Below are positions 36,801-51,600 of a stretch of DNA of 64,000 bases, piece after piece; the stretch's first letter is position 1, and every line of letters begins with the position of its first letter. This DNA comes from Macrostomum lignano (Eukaryota). The position numbers and the translations under genes were made by a program. The DNA is taken from assembly GCA_002269645.1 (NCBI GenBank), contig NIVC01003365.1, forward strand, positions 1 to 64,000. Reading direction: 5' to 3'. Under the pieces are notes generated by a model. That model was given only the letters and a program-made list of their open reading frames with translations. It did no database searches and was not told the origin of the DNA.

Positions 36801-39617
36801 CACTGTAGACACACTGTAGACACACTGTAGACACACTGTAGACACACTGTAGACCACTGGCTGTAAACACACTGTAGACCACTGGCTGTAGACACACTGT
36901 AGACCGCTGGCTGTAGACACACTGTAGACCACTGGCTGTAAACACACTGTAGACCACCGGCTGTAGACACACTGTAGACCACTGGCTGTAGACACACTGT
37001 AGACCACCGGCTGTAGACACACTGTAGACCACCGGCTGTAGACACACTGTAGACCACTGGCTGTAGACACACTGTAGACCACTGGCTGTAGACACACTGT
37101 AGACCACTGGCTGTAGACACACTGTAGACCACCGGCTGTAGACACACTGTAGACCACCGGCTGTAGACACACTGTAGACCACCGGCTGTAGACACACTGT
37201 AGACCACTGGCTGTAGACACACTGTAGACCACTGGCTGTAGACACACTGTAGACCACCGGCTGTAGACACACTGTAGACCACCGGCTGTAGACACAGTGT
37301 TACAGCCCCATCCCACACTCCCAATCCCCACTCAGAGCCGAGAAAACTTTGACTGGTCCTTCGCCCGATGCGGCCTACTTCGAGACCAGAGAGGCCCCTT
37401 CGGCCGCTGCCTGTCGGTGCTGAACGAGGACCGGCTGGAGTTCCTGCACGACGCTTGCCTGCGCGAAGCCTGCCGATGTCGTCGAACTGTCAAAGATGCC
37501 GCTAACTGCGACGGCCTGTGCAACCTGATGGCCGCCGCGGCAGACGAATGCGCTGGACTCAACGTCACCGTGGACTGGCGGTCCGCGGCCTTCTGCCGTG
37601 AGTCACGGGGAGCACAGCTTCACGAAACTGTTAAAAGATTGAGTCACTCCCGTCTCCAACATTATCACAAATTGAGTCACTTCCTACTCCAATACTGTCA
37701 CAAATTGAGTCACTCTCTACTCGAACACTGTCACAAATTGAGTCACCCCCTACTCCAATCCTGTCACAAATTGAGTCACTCCCTACTCCAATCCTGTCAC
37801 AAATTGAGTCCCTACTTCAACACTGTCACAAATTGAGTCACTCCCTACTCCAATCCTGTCACAAATTGAGTCCCTACTTCAACACTGTCACAAATTGAGT
37901 CACTCCCTATTCCAATCCTGTCACAAATTGAGTCACTGCTACACACAATCTTTAGAATATAGTGACCTACCCATACGCAGTTTTGAATTTGAGTAACATC
38001 ACAAACACACAGTCACAATTTCAGTCACATCTTGGGTTTTGTATACAATAAGGCAATAAAATTATTTAAAATTTCTTCTCTTCAATCCCGAACGCAGCGT
38101 ACAATTGTCCCGAGGGCACCGCCTACACCAGCTGCGGCCAGCTCCAAAGCCCATTTGTCTTCGCTAACGGACCCGACGTGCAGTGCCTGGAAGGTGAGAA
38201 AAGAGTTCGCTTTGAGTCTCTGAGCAGCTCAGCGGTTAGCATCAGACTGCTCACAAGGGCCGGCCAGTCCCTGAGCCTGTGTACATGCCTGAAAATGGTA
38301 GATTGTTTGACTGATTGACTTCAGTGGTCCTTGTAGATTGTATAGAATTTTTACCCAACACACCGGCCATTTTAACACACTTTTGAGCGGCCATTATTTC
38401 ACACTTTTAAATTTGATTTGATTTGACGAGAGATGGGGTGGGTGAACTGCTTGGCTTATCAGATTATCAGATTAGATAATAGGCGAGTCTATAAATGAGT
38501 CATAAAATTTTAATTAGTATACCTTTTCAACAACGGATTCGTCAAAAGTGAGTTCAAATTCGTCAGCGTATGCAAAACTATATAGCGCTCAAGGGGAAGA
38601 GAATGAGTGTCTATGGTAAATTTTTAGAGAAAGTGACTTCGAATTTGTCTAAGTAAGTGAAATTCGTCAGTACAAATACAGCCTGACCAGAAAAAGTGTT
38701 TGCTTTGTCCATGGTAAGAAAAGAAGGTGTCTATGGTAAATTTAAGTAAGAAAGTGAGTGAAGTTCGTCTGTGGAAAAGTAGCCCGATTTCTTGAAATCT
38801 TCATTTCATGCTTTCATGCTTTGATGCTTTGAAAAGCTTGTTGCAGATTTTCCTGCTGCTCCTGCTGTGACAACGCAGGCAATCAGTCGTCGGCTTGACG
38901 GGACTTTGTGCGTTACATTGGCTGTTTGTTGTCATGTAGGGCATCTCTGACAACAATCAAAGCATGAAATGAAGATTTCAAGAAATCGGGCTACTTTTCC
39001 ACAGACGAACTTCACTCACTTTCTTACTTAAATTTACCATAGACACTCATTCTCTTCCCCTTGAGCGCTATATAGTTTTGCATACGCTGACGAATTTGAA
39101 CTCACTTTTGACGAATCCGAAGTTGAAAAGGTATATTATAAAATTAGTATGCCTGCTCTTATCAATTTGAAAAATCTGCCGCTGGAGTCGCTGAATGGTG
39201 TAACAATGCCCGCTTTGACTTGTAAAATTGTGTCTGGGTAAAAGTTCTTTACAATGATAAACTCTAACTAGGCTGTTTTACCGTTTCACTGCAGACTGCC
39301 GATGCCGCATGGGTGGCCAGTGGACCCAGGCCGCCGGCAGCTGCACCGAGGCCAGCCATGTGTGCCGCTACAGAGCCGCCGTTTATCAGACTGGCGACTC
39401 AGCCAAACTTGGCTGCCGTCAGTGGTGAGCTAAGCTTTGAGTTCATTGCGAAATTCTCAAGTATACGCATTCTGTTTAACAGAATATTAAATGCCAAATT
39501 AAATTCTTTTATCTACTCGTTCATCAAGCACCTGTCGAGAAGGCAAATGGATTCGATGCGACAACAAGGATTGTTATAGAAACACAACAATTGAGCTGAA
39601 CAATTTGAGCACAGTTG
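27842..39617 (+). CDS. ap2 exons 1-14: signal peptide plus three vWD-(C8)-TIL assemblies (mucin/vWF D1-D2-D'D3-like)
   Basis: vWD motifs: GRTGGWCAG (exon 2), VVTFDG and LRGLCGRYDG (exons 4 and 6), FGDGYYVSFDG, WDRGTRL and GGLCGSFNGDATDD (exons 9-10). TIL: CHRRCPDRC..CACAPPRLLDSRGRCVEEAECPC and CANTCQATC..CYFGCQCPRG..CITKSQCTC. C8: CGLL..FGRC..ACLREAC..WRSAAFC. Confidence 0.92.
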
Positions 39618-42600
39618 GTAAGTCAAATTGAATGTTAGTTATTTGTAAAGCCTCATAGTACCTATTTAGAGAGTGAGCTATTGTATTGAATTGTCTATGG
39701 TAGAGAGTGAGCTACTGAATTGTCTATGGTAGAGAGTGAGCTATTGAATTGTCTATGGTAGAAAGTGAGCTATTGAATTGTCTATGGTACAGAGTGAGCT
39801 TTTAAATTGTCTATGGTAGAGAGTGAGCTATTGAATTGTCTATGGTAGAGAGTGAGCTATTGAATTGTCTATGGTACAGAGTGAGCTACTGAATTGTCTA
39901 TGGTAGAGAGTAGACCTTGAGTGTCTATGGTAGAGAGTGAGCTATTGAATTGTCTATGGTAGAGAGTGAGCTATTGAATTGTCTATGGTAGAGAGTGAGC
40001 TATTGAATTGTCTATGGTAGAGAGTGAGCTATTGAATTGTCTATGGTACAGAGTGAGCTACTGAATTGTCTATGGTAGAGAGTAGACTTTGAGTGTCTAT
40101 GGTAGAGAGTGAGCTATTGAATTGTCTATGGTAGAGAGTGAGCTATTGAATTGTCTATGGTAGAGAGTGAGCTACTGAATTGTCTATGGTAGAGAGTGAG
40201 CTATTGAATTGTCTATGGTAGAAAGTGAGCTATTGAATTGTCTATGGTAGAGAGTGAGCTATTGAATTGTCTATGGTAGAGAGTGAGCTACTGAATTGTC
40301 TATGGTAGAGAGTAACCCTTGAGTGTCTATGGTAGAGAGTGAGCTATTGAATTTTCTATGGTAGAGAGTGAGCTTTTGAATTGTCTATGGTACAGAGTGA
40401 GCTACTGAATTGTCTATGGTAGAGAGTAGACCTTGAGTGTCTATGGTTGAGAGTGAGCTATTGAATTGTCTATGGTAGAGAGTGAGCTACTGAATTGTCT
40501 ATGGTAGAGAGTGAGCTATTGAATTGTCTATGGTAGAGAGTAGACCTTGAGTGTCTATGATTGAGAGGATGGTTGCGAGTTTGAGTTGATTGATAGGGAG
40601 CACAATCATTATCAATGTTTATATTATAGATCTATTGATAATAATGCGTGGGCGTATTCTTTCAGCGCCATGCACTGGACATTCGTTTGCTTGCCGAAAT
40701 TCGGACGCCTGCCTGCACAGATCGAAGGTGTGCGATGGAGTCCCCGACTGTAGCGATGGTTCGGACGAGATGTCCTGCGGTAGGCTCTGCGATTAGTATC
40801 TTTACTATTTTTAGAAACCAAAAAATAACCCTGGTATTATTTGAATCACCCAATTTGCAGAGGGCTGTCCCGCATTCAAGCTGAAGTGCCGCCGGTCCAA
40901 TCTGTGTATTGCCAAGTCGGAGGTCTGCGATGGCAAGCACCAGTGCCGCCTGGGCAACTCTACGGACGATTCGGACGAAGAGAACTGCGCAACCGGCGCT
41001 ACAACAAGCGCGCCTCAGAAGAAGCCCATTGAAGGCACTGACAGCTGCTATCGGCCTCTGCTTCAGTCTGGACTAATCAAGGAGAGTCAGGTAAGAATTA
41101 CTGAGAACTTTGCGCCAACTCACGGCTACAGACGGGCCGAACTGCTGGACTCGCGTAAGCGGCCGTATTTGCTTAGCAAAGGCAGAACAGTGTTCGAGTT
41201 GCGACTCTCGCCAGCCGGCTCCGCTGTCCGCGTCAGCTCAGTGCTGCTGCAAATCCAGTCCAACCATCGTAGAGGACTGAAGGCGATTCGCTTGTACGCC
41301 AACTCCAACAAGACCTGGCAGCTTCTGGAGGCAAAAGAGAGCAACATAGCCTGCACCCGCTGTCTTATTAAGCTCAACAAGCTACCATTCGCCGCTGAAA
41401 AGCTGAAGTTCAAAATCCAATCAAGGAGCTCGATGAAGATCCAATTGGAAATAAATGGTTGTCCAGGCCAAAATCTGGAATCGGGAAGGTGCCGCAGACT
41501 TCCAGCCACTGCCTGCAATGTGAAGGTGTACAAGAGCATTACCTACAACAGAGAGTATTCGGGAGAGGAAAAAAGTCGTTTGGTTTTGCCACGGACGGAG
41601 TACTCACTGCTCAAGCAGGGATCGAGTGAAATCGTCATTGGAGTCCCAGAAATGGTGCGAATCTGTGCAGTAATTATCAAGAGCAAACTGCCAAGCGATG
41701 GCAAGCCAACCGCTAATGTGGTTTCGTTTGTGTACGACAAGAAACTGAGCGAATTGACTCTTGTTTCTAAGCTTCCAGTTAGTACAAACACGACAACAAT
41801 TACGATCAGCAAACCAACAAACGAGTATAAGGCCGTGCTGTACTCAAAAGATCCAATTAGAATATCAATTGAAATCCAGGTTAAAAAGCAACCAGTTACA
41901 AAGAACGAACCGAAGCAGCAGAAAATTGCTTGCAAAGGCTCCTTGCCGGACTCTGAAGTTAGTGGCAAAGTTCGAGTTCTAAGAATGACAGCGCTGGATT
42001 CACGTCAGGAATACACACAATCGGATCGAAGACAGCTTCTGCGCAAGGGCGCCGCGCTGAGTTCAGGAAGAACGGACGTACTTGTGCAGTTTAGTCTAAA
42101 GCAAACTGACGTCATTGAGGCGCTTCAAGTACTGACAACCACTCCAGGAGCCGACGCGAAAGTTACCGCTAGAGAACTGCAGCTTTGCACTCGAGACCGA
42201 TGCTCAAAGGTCAAAATGTCTGCACCATCAGTCCAACAAACCAACATGGTCATTCGCGCGCGAGCCAGGTTTTTGAAAATCATTCTTGATTCTCCAACTA
42301 GCCACTATGCAAAAAATGCAAAGCTGAAGTTTCACTTTTGTAGCAGGAATAAGCCGCACGTCTGCAAGGAAAGATACCTGGAGCGCTGCAATGTGCCACT
42401 AATGAAGAGCATTACATTTGGAAAGCGATATGACGCGTACACGGTAAAAGCACTGCTGCAAGGCCGGCCAGTAAGACTACTCAGAGGATATACAAAAATT
42501 ACACTCATCAATTTAAACCTTGCTGAGTCAGTAATATTAAAAAAAACCGGTGGTAGAAGACCTCTAAAACTAATAATTTCGCTCACCACTACTAATGAAA

Positions 42601-45600
42601 GGAAACGAAAAACTACGATAACAAAATTTGACACTGTCTACAGCGCCAAGCTTCCAACCGGCTACACAAAAATGATCATCACGATAAAATCAAAAGAACC
42701 GTCTAAACTAGCACTCTTTAAAAAGGAATGCCAAAAACCCAACAAAATACCCAACCGAGAGCCAAAAACCGCTGCACACACAACCACTATCGCACCTGCA
42801 ACGACAACACTCGAACCGACAAAACGGCCAACAACGGCGAGCACTGCGGCCGCAAAGACAACCAAGGCCCCTGTGCTGACTACAACCACCAAGCGACGAC
42901 GAGTGTGCAAGAAGAAGATGGCGTTCGACAGTAACGTGCTTCGTCCTGAGGATGTTGTGGAGGTGAAGCGCGTGCCGCAGAATGAGCCCTACGACGAGCC
43001 AGAGAAGAAGTCGCTGCTTCCAGGTAGACGCGGCCTGCCACTCAGAAAGGGTGACACGCTGGTCCGCATTGACCTGAGCAGGCTGCCGGAGGGAAGCCGG
43101 GTCGCCGAGATCAAGGTGAGCGCCGACAAGCCGAAGCGAATCACAAAGGTGTCTGTGACAGAAGTGACCAACAACGAGAGAACTCCGGTTGGCAAGGCTG
43201 AACAGCCAGGCGACGAGCCGTTGAGTCGCGACGACCTGGAATCGATCCCACTGACGCCGACCAGACGAACTCCCGACCTGATCGAGGTGCGAATCAGAAG
43301 AGGCTCCAAGCGACCCGTCAGGGTGACGCTGGAGGTCAAGGTGTGTCTCAAGAAGAAGCCGGCGACTACAACAACGCAGAGTACTACGACATCGGCAACG
43401 ACAACGAGAAGACCGAGCACTGCCGGATTGACAACAGAAACAACGCGCACTACACGGGGCACACCGGCCGGCGAAAAGGTGACCTTCCCGATGCCGTCCA
43501 TCACGAGCAGGAAATCGACCGGTAGAACTACGCGCCAGAAGAAGTCGACAACAACGGCTGGCAGATCGACAACGAGCACGTCGACGAAACGGCCAACGAC
43601 GGCGAGCACTGCGGCCGCAAAGACAACCAAGGCCCCTGTGCTGACTACAACCACCAAGCGACGACGAGTGTGCAAGAAGAAGATGGCGTTCGACAGTAAC
43701 GTGCTTCGTCCTGAGGATGTTGTGGAGGTGAAGCGCGTGCCGCAGAATGAGCCCTACGACGAGCCAGAGAAGAAGTCGCTGCTTCCAGGTAGACGCGGCC
43801 TGCCACTCAGAAAGGGTGACACGCTGGTCCGCATTGACCTGAGCAGGCTGCCGGAGGGAAGCCGGGTCGCCGAGATCAAGGTGAGCGCCGACAAGCCGAA
43901 GCGAATCACAAAGGTGTCTGTGACAGAAGTGACCAACAACGAGAGAACTCCGGTTGGCAAGGCTGAACAGCCAGGCGACGAGCCGTTGAGTCGCGACGAC
44001 CTGGAATCGATCCCACTGACGCCGACCAGACGAACTCCCGACCTGATCGAGGTGCGAATCAGAAGAGGCTCCAAGCGACCGTCAGGGTGACGCTGGAGGT
44101 CAAGGTGTGTCTCAAGAAGAAGCCGGCGACTACAACAACGCAGAGTACTACGACATCGGCAACGACAACGAGAAGACCGAGCACTGCCGGATTGACAACA
44201 GAAACAACGCGCACTACACGGGGCACACCGGCCGGCGAAAAGGTGACCTTCCCGATGCCGTCCATCACGAGCAGGAAATCGACCGGTAGAACTACGCGCC
44301 AGAAGAAGTCGACAACAACGGCTGGCAGATCGACAACGAGCACGTCGACGAAACGGCCAACGACGGCGAGCACTGCGGCCGCAAAGACAACCAAGGCCCC
44401 TGTGCTGACTACAACCACCAAGCGACGACGAGTGTGCAAGAAGAAGATGGCGTTCGACAGTAACGTGCTTCGTCCTGAGGATGTTGTGGAGGTGAAGCGC
44501 GTGCCGCAGAATGAGCCCTACGACGAGCCAGAGAAGAAGTCGCTGCTTCCAGGTAGACGCGGCCTGCCACTCAGAAAGGGTGACACGCTGGTCCGCATTG
44601 ACCTGAGCAGGCTGCCGGAGGGAAGCCGGGTCGCCGAGATCAAGGTGAGCGCCGACAAGCCGAAGCGAATCACAAAGGTGTCTGTGACAGAAGTGACCAA
44701 CAACGAGAGAACTCCGGTTGGCAAGGCTGAACAGCCAGGCGACGAGCCGTTGAGTCGCGACGACCTGGAATCGATCCCACTGACGCCGACCAGACGAACT
44801 CCCGACCTGATCGAGGTGCGAATCAGAAGAGGCTCCAAGCGACCGTCAGGGTGACGCTGGAGGTCAAGGTGTGTCTCAAGAAGAAGCCGGCGACTACAAC
44901 AACGCAGAGTACTACGACATCGGCAACGACAACGAGAAGACCGAGCACTGCCGGATTGACAACAGAAACAACGCGCACTACACGGGGCACACCGGCCGGC
45001 GAAAAGGTGACCTTCCCGATGCCGTCCATCACGAGCAGGAAATCGACCGGTAGAACTACGCGCCAGAAGAAGTCGACAACAACGGCTGGCAGATCGACAA
45101 CGAGCACGTCGACGAAACGGCCAACGACGGCGAGCACTGCGGCCGCAAAGACAACCAAGGCCCCTGTGCTGACTACAACCACCAAGCGACGACGAGTGTG
45201 CAAGAAGAAGATGGCGTTCGACAGTAACGTGCTTCGTCCTGAGGATGTTGTGGAGGTGAAGCGCGTGCCGCAGAATGAGCCCTACGACGAGCCAGAGAAG
45301 AAGTCGCTGCTTCCAGGTAGACGCGGCCTGCCACTCAGAAAGGGTGACACGCTGGTCCGCATTGACCTGAGCAGGCTGCCGGAGGGAAGCCGGGTCGCCG
45401 AGATCAAGGTGAGCGCCGACAAGCCGAAGCGAATCACAAAGGTGTCTGTGACAGAAGTGACCAACAACGAGAGAACTCCGGTTGGCAAGGCTGAACAGCC
45501 AGGCGACGAGCCGTTGAGTCGCGACGACCTGGAATCGATCCCACTGACGCCGACCAGACGAACTCCCGACCTGATCGAGGTGCGAATCAGAAGAGGCTCC

Positions 45601-48600
45601 AAGCGACCGTCAGGGTGACGCTGGAGGTCAAGGTGTGTCTCAAGAAGAAGCCGGCGACTACAACAACGCAGAGTACTACGACATCGGCAACGACAACGAG
45701 AAGACCGAGCACTGCCGGATTGACAACAGAAACAACGCGCACTACACGGGGCACACCGGCCGGCGAAAAGGTGACCTTCCCGATGCCGTCCATCACGAGC
45801 AGGAAATCGACCGGTAGAACTACGCGCCAGAAGAAGTCGACAACAACGGCTGGCAGATCGACAACGAGCACGTCGACGAAACGGCCAACGACGGCGAGCA
45901 CTGCGGCCGCAAAGACAACCAAGGCCCCTGTGCTGACTACAACCACCAAGCGACGACGAGTGTGCAAGAAGAAGATGGCGTTCGACAGTAACGTGCTTCG
46001 TCCTGAGGATGTTGTGGAGGTGAAGCGCGTGCCGCAGAATGAGCCCTACGACGAGCCAGAGAAGAAGTCGCTGCTTCCAGGTAGACGCGGCCTGCCACTC
46101 AGAAAGGGTGACACGCTGGTCCGCATTGACCTGAGCAGGCTGCCGGAGGGAAGCCGGGTCGCCGAGATCAAGGTGAGCGCCGACAAGCCGAAGCGAATCA
46201 CAAAGGTGTCTGTGACAGAAGTGACCAACAACGAGAGAACTCCGGTTGGCAAGGCTGAACAGCCAGGCGACGAGCCGTTGAGTCGCGACGACCTGGAATC
46301 GATCCCACTGACGCCGACCAGACGAACTCCCGACCTGATCGAGGTGCGAATCAGAAGAGGCTCCAAGCGACCGTCAGGGTGACGCTGGAGGTCAAGGTGT
46401 GTCTCAAGAAGAAGCCGGCGACTACAACAACGCAGAGTACTACGACATCGGCAACGACAACGAGAAGACCGAGCACTGCCGGATTGACAACAGAAACAAC
46501 GCGCACTACACGGGGCACACCGGCCGGCGAAAAGGTGACCTTCCCGATGCCGTCCATCACGAGCAGGAAATCGACCGGTAGAACTACGCGCCAGAAGAAG
46601 TCGACAACAACGGCTGGCAGATCGACAACGAGCACGTCGACGAAACGGCCAACGACGGCGAGCACTGCGGCCGCAAAGACAACCAAGGCCCCTGTGCTGA
46701 CTACAACCACCAAGCGACGACGAGTGTGCAAGAAGAAGATGGCGTTCGACAGTAACGTGCTTCGTCCTGAGGATGTTGTGGAGGTGAAGCGCGTGCCGCA
46801 GAATGAGCCCTACGACGAGCCAGAGAAGAAGTCGCTGCTTCCAGGTAGACGCGGCCTGCCACTCAGAAAGGGTGACACGCTGGTCCGCATTGACCTGAGC
46901 AGGCTGCCGGAGGGAAGCCGGGTCGCCGAGATCAAGGTGAGCGCCGACAAGCCGAAGCGAATCACAAAGGTGTCTGTGACAGAAGTGACCAACAACGAGA
47001 GAACTCCGGTTGGCAAGGCTGAACAGCCAGGCGACGAGCCGTTGAGTCGCGACGACCTGGAATCGATCCCACTGACGCCGACCAGACGAACTCCCGACCT
47101 GATCGAGGTGCGAATCAGAAGAGGCTCCAAGCGACCGTCAGGGTGACGCTGGAGGTCAAGGTGTGTCTCAAGAAGAAGCCGGCGACTACAACAACGCAGA
47201 GTACTACGACATCGGCAACGACAACGAGAAGACCGAGCACTGCCGGATTGACAACAGAAACAACGCGCACTACACGGGGCACACCGGCCGGCGAAAAGGT
47301 GACCTTCCCGATGCCGTCCATCACGAGCAGGAAATCGACCGGTAGAACTACGCGCCAGAAGAAGTCGACAACAACGGCTGGCAGATCGACAACGAGCACG
47401 TCGACGAAACGGCCAACGACGGCGAGCACTGCGGCCGCAAAGACAACCAAGGCCCCTGTGCTGACTACAACCACCAAGCGACGACGAGTGTGCAAGAAGA
47501 AGATGGCGTTCGACAGTAACGTGCTTCGTCCTGAGGATGTTGTGGAGGTGAAGCGCGTGCCGCAGAATGAGCCCTACGACGAGCCAGAGAAGAAGTCGCT
47601 GCTTCCAGGTAGACGCGGCCTGCCACTCAGAAAGGGTGACACGCTGGTCCGCATTGACCTGAGCAGGCTGCCGGAGGGAAGCCGGGTCGCCGAGATCAAG
47701 GTGAGCGCCGACAAGCCGAAGCGAATCACAAAGGTGTCTGTGACAGAAGTGACCAACAACGAGAGAACTCCGGTTGGCAAGGCTGAACAGCCAGGCGACG
47801 AGCCGTTGAGTCGCGACGACCTGGAATCGATCCCACTGACGCCGACCAGACGAACTCCCGACCTGATCGAGGTGCGAATCAGAAGAGGCTCCAAGCGACC
47901 GTCAGGGTGACGCTGGAGGTCAAGGTGTGTCTCAAGAAGAAGCCGGCGACTACAACAACGCAGAGTACTACGACATCGGCAACGACAACGAGAAGACCGA
48001 GCACTGCCGGATTGACAACAGAAACAACGCGCACTACACGGGGCACACCGGCCGGCGAAAAGGTGACCTTCCCGATGCCGTCCATCACGAGCAGGAAATC
48101 GACCGGTAGAACTACGCGCCAGAAGAAGTCGACAACAACGGCTGGCAGATCGACAACGAGCACGTCGACGAAACGGCCAACGACGGCGAGCACTGCGGCC
48201 GCAAAGACAACCAAGGCCCCTGTGCTGACTACAACCACCAAGCGACGACGAGTGTGCAAGAAGAAGATGGCGTTCGACAGTAACGTGCTTCGTCCTGAGG
48301 ATGTTGTGGAGGTGAAGCGCGTGCCGCAGAATGAGCCCTACGACGAGCCAGAGAAGAAGTCGCTGCTTCCAGGTAGACGCGGCCTGCCACTCAGAAAGGG
48401 TGACACGCTGGTCCGCATTGACCTGAGCAGGCTGCCGGAGGGAAGCCGGGTCGCCGAGATCAAGGTGAGCGCCGACAAGCCGAAGCGAATCACAAAGGTG
48501 TCTGTGACAGAAGTGACCAACAACGAGAGAACTCCGGTTGGCAAGGCTGAACAGCCAGGCGACGAGCCGTTGAGTCGCGACGACCTGGAATCGATCCCAC

Positions 48601-51600
48601 TGACGCCGACCAGACGAACTCCCGACCTGATCGAGGTGCGAATCAGAAGAGGCTCCAAGCGACCGTCAGGGTGACGCTGGAGGTCAAGGTGTGTCTCAAG
48701 AAGAAGCCGGCGACTACAACAACGCAGAGTACTACGACATCGGCAACGACAACGAGAAGACCGAGCACTGCCGGATTGACAACAGAAACAACGCGCACTA
48801 CACGGGGCACACCGGCCGGCGAAAAGGTGACCTTCCCGATGCCGTCCATCACGAGCAGGAAATCGACCGGTAGAACTACGCGCCAGAAGAAGTCGACAAC
48901 AACGGCTGGCAGATCGACAACGAGCACGTCGACGAAACGGCCAACGACGGCGAGCACTGCGGCCGCAAAGACAACCAAGGCCCCTGTGCTGACTACAACC
49001 ACCAAGCGACGACGAGTGTGCAAGAAGAAGATGGCGTTCGACAGTAACGTGCTTCGTCCTGAGGATGTTGTGGAGGTGAAGCGCGTGCCGCAGAATGAGC
49101 CCTACGACGAGCCAGAGAAGAAGTCGCTGCTTCCAGGTAGACGCGGCCTGCCACTCAGAAAGGGTGACACGCTGGTCCGCATTGACCTGAGCAGGCTGCC
49201 GGAGGGAAGCCGGGTCGCCGAGATCAAGGTGAGCGCCGACAAGCCGAAGCGAATCACAAAGGTGTCTGTGACAGAAGTGACCAACAACGAGAGAACTCCG
49301 GTTGGCAAGGCTGAACAGCCAGGCGACGAGCCGTTGAGTCGCGACGACCTGGAATCGATCCCACTGACGCCGACCAGACGAACTCCCGACCTGATCGAGG
49401 TGCGAATCAGAAGAGGCTCCAAGCGACCGTCAGGGTGACGCTGGAGGTCAAGGTGTGTCTCAAGAAGAAGCCGGCGACTACAACAACGCAGAGTACTACG
49501 ACATCGGCAACGACAACGAGAAGACCGAGCACTGCCGGATTGACAACAGAAACAACGCGCACTACACGGGGCACACCGGCCGGCGAAAAGGTGACCTTCC
49601 CGATGCCGTCCATCACGAGCAGGAAATCGACCGGTAGAACTACGCGCCAGAAGAAGTCGACAACAACGGCTGGCAGATCGACAACGAGCACGTCGACGAA
49701 ACGGCCAACGACGGCGAGCACTGCGGCCGCAAAGACAACCAAGGCCCCTGTGCTGACTACAACCACCAAGCGACGACGAGTGTGCAAGAAGAAGATGGCG
49801 TTCGACAGTAACGTGCTTCGTCCTGAGGATGTTGTGGAGGTGAAGCGCGTGCCGCAGAATGAGCCCTACGACGAGCCAGAGAAGAAGTCGCTGCTTCCAG
49901 GTAGACGCGGCCTGCCACTCAGAAAGGGTGACACGCTGGTCCGCATTGACCTGAGCAGGCTGCCGGAGGGAAGCCGGGTCGCCGAGATCAAGGTGAGCGC
50001 CGACAAGCCGAAGCGAATCACAAAGGTGTCTGTGACAGAAGTGACCAACAACGAGAGAACTCCGGTTGGCAAGGCTGAACAGCCAGGCGACGAGCCGTTG
50101 AGTCGCGACGACCTGGAATCGATCCCACTGACGCCGACCAGACGAACTCCCGACCTGATCGAGGTGCGAATCAGAAGAGGCTCCAAGCGACCGTCAGGGT
50201 GACGCTGGAGGTCAAGGTGTGTCTCAAGAAGAAGCCGGCGACTACAACAACGCAGAGTACTACGACATCGGCAACGACAACGAGAAGACCGAGCACTGCC
50301 GGATTGACAACAGAAACAACGCGCACTACACGGGGCACACCGGCCGGCGAAAAGGTGACCTTCCCGATGCCGTCCATCACGAGCAGGAAATCGACCGGTA
50401 GAACTACGCGCCAGAAGAAGTCGACAACAACGGCTGGCAGATCGACAACGAGCACGTCGACGAAACGGCCAACGACGGCGAGCACTGCGGCCGCAAAGAC
50501 AACCAAGGCCCCTGTGCTGACTACAACCACCAAGCGACGACGAGTGTGCAAGAAGAAGATGGCGTTCGACAGTAACGTGCTTCGTCCTGAGGATGTTGTG
50601 GAGGTGAAGCGCGTGCCGCAGAATGAGCCCTACGACGAGCCAGAGAAGAAGTCGCTGCTTCCAGGTAGACGCGGCCTGCCACTCAGAAAGGGTGACACGC
50701 TGGTCCGCATTGACCTGAGCAGGCTGCCGGAGGGAAGCCGGGTCGCCGAGATCAAGGTGAGCGCCGACAAGCCGAAGCGAATCACAAAGGTGTCTGTGAC
50801 AGAAGTGACCAACAACGAGAGAACTCCGGTTGGCAAGGCTGAACAGCCAGGCGACGAGCCGTTGAGTCGCGACGACCTGGAATCGATCCCACTGACGCCG
50901 ACCAGACGAACTCCCGACCTGATCGAGGTGCGAATCAGAAGAGGCTCCAAGCGACCGTCAGGGTGACGCTGGAGGTCAAGGTGTGTCTCAAGAAGAAGCC
51001 GGCGACTACAACAACGCAGAGTACTACGACATCGGCAACGACAACGAGAAGACCGAGCACTGCCGGATTGACAACAGAAACAACGCGCACTACACGGGGC
51101 ACACCGGCCGGCGAAAAGGTGACCTTCCCGATGCCGTCCATCACGAGCAGGAAATCGACCGGTAGAACTACGCGCCAGAAGAAGTCGACAACAACGGCTG
51201 GCAGATCGACAACGAGCACGTCGACGAAACGGCCAACGACGGCGAGCACTGCGGCCGCAAAGACAACCAAGGCCCCTGTGCTGACTACAACCACCAAGCG
51301 ACGACGAGTGTGCAAGAAGAAGATGGCGTTCGACAGTAACGTGCTTCGTCCTGAGGATGTTGTGGAGGTGAAGCGCGTGCCGCAGAATGAGCCCTACGAC
51401 GAGCCAGAGAAGAAGTCGCTGCTTCCAGGTAGACGCGGCCTGCCACTCAGAAAGGGTGACACGCTGGTCCGCATTGACCTGAGCAGGCTGCCGGAGGGAA
51501 GCCGGGTCGCCGAGATCAAGGTGAGCGCCGACAAGCCGAAGCGAATCACAAAGGTGTCTGTGACAGAAGTGACCAACAACGAGAGAACTCCGGTTGGCAA

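Noticed and set aside
44049-44086. 34-nt GT..AG micro-intron (GTGCGA...CCGTCAG) rescuing the frameshift in each repeat
   Set aside because: Removing it does not restore the original reading frame (the donor is phase 0 but the acceptor needs phase 2).
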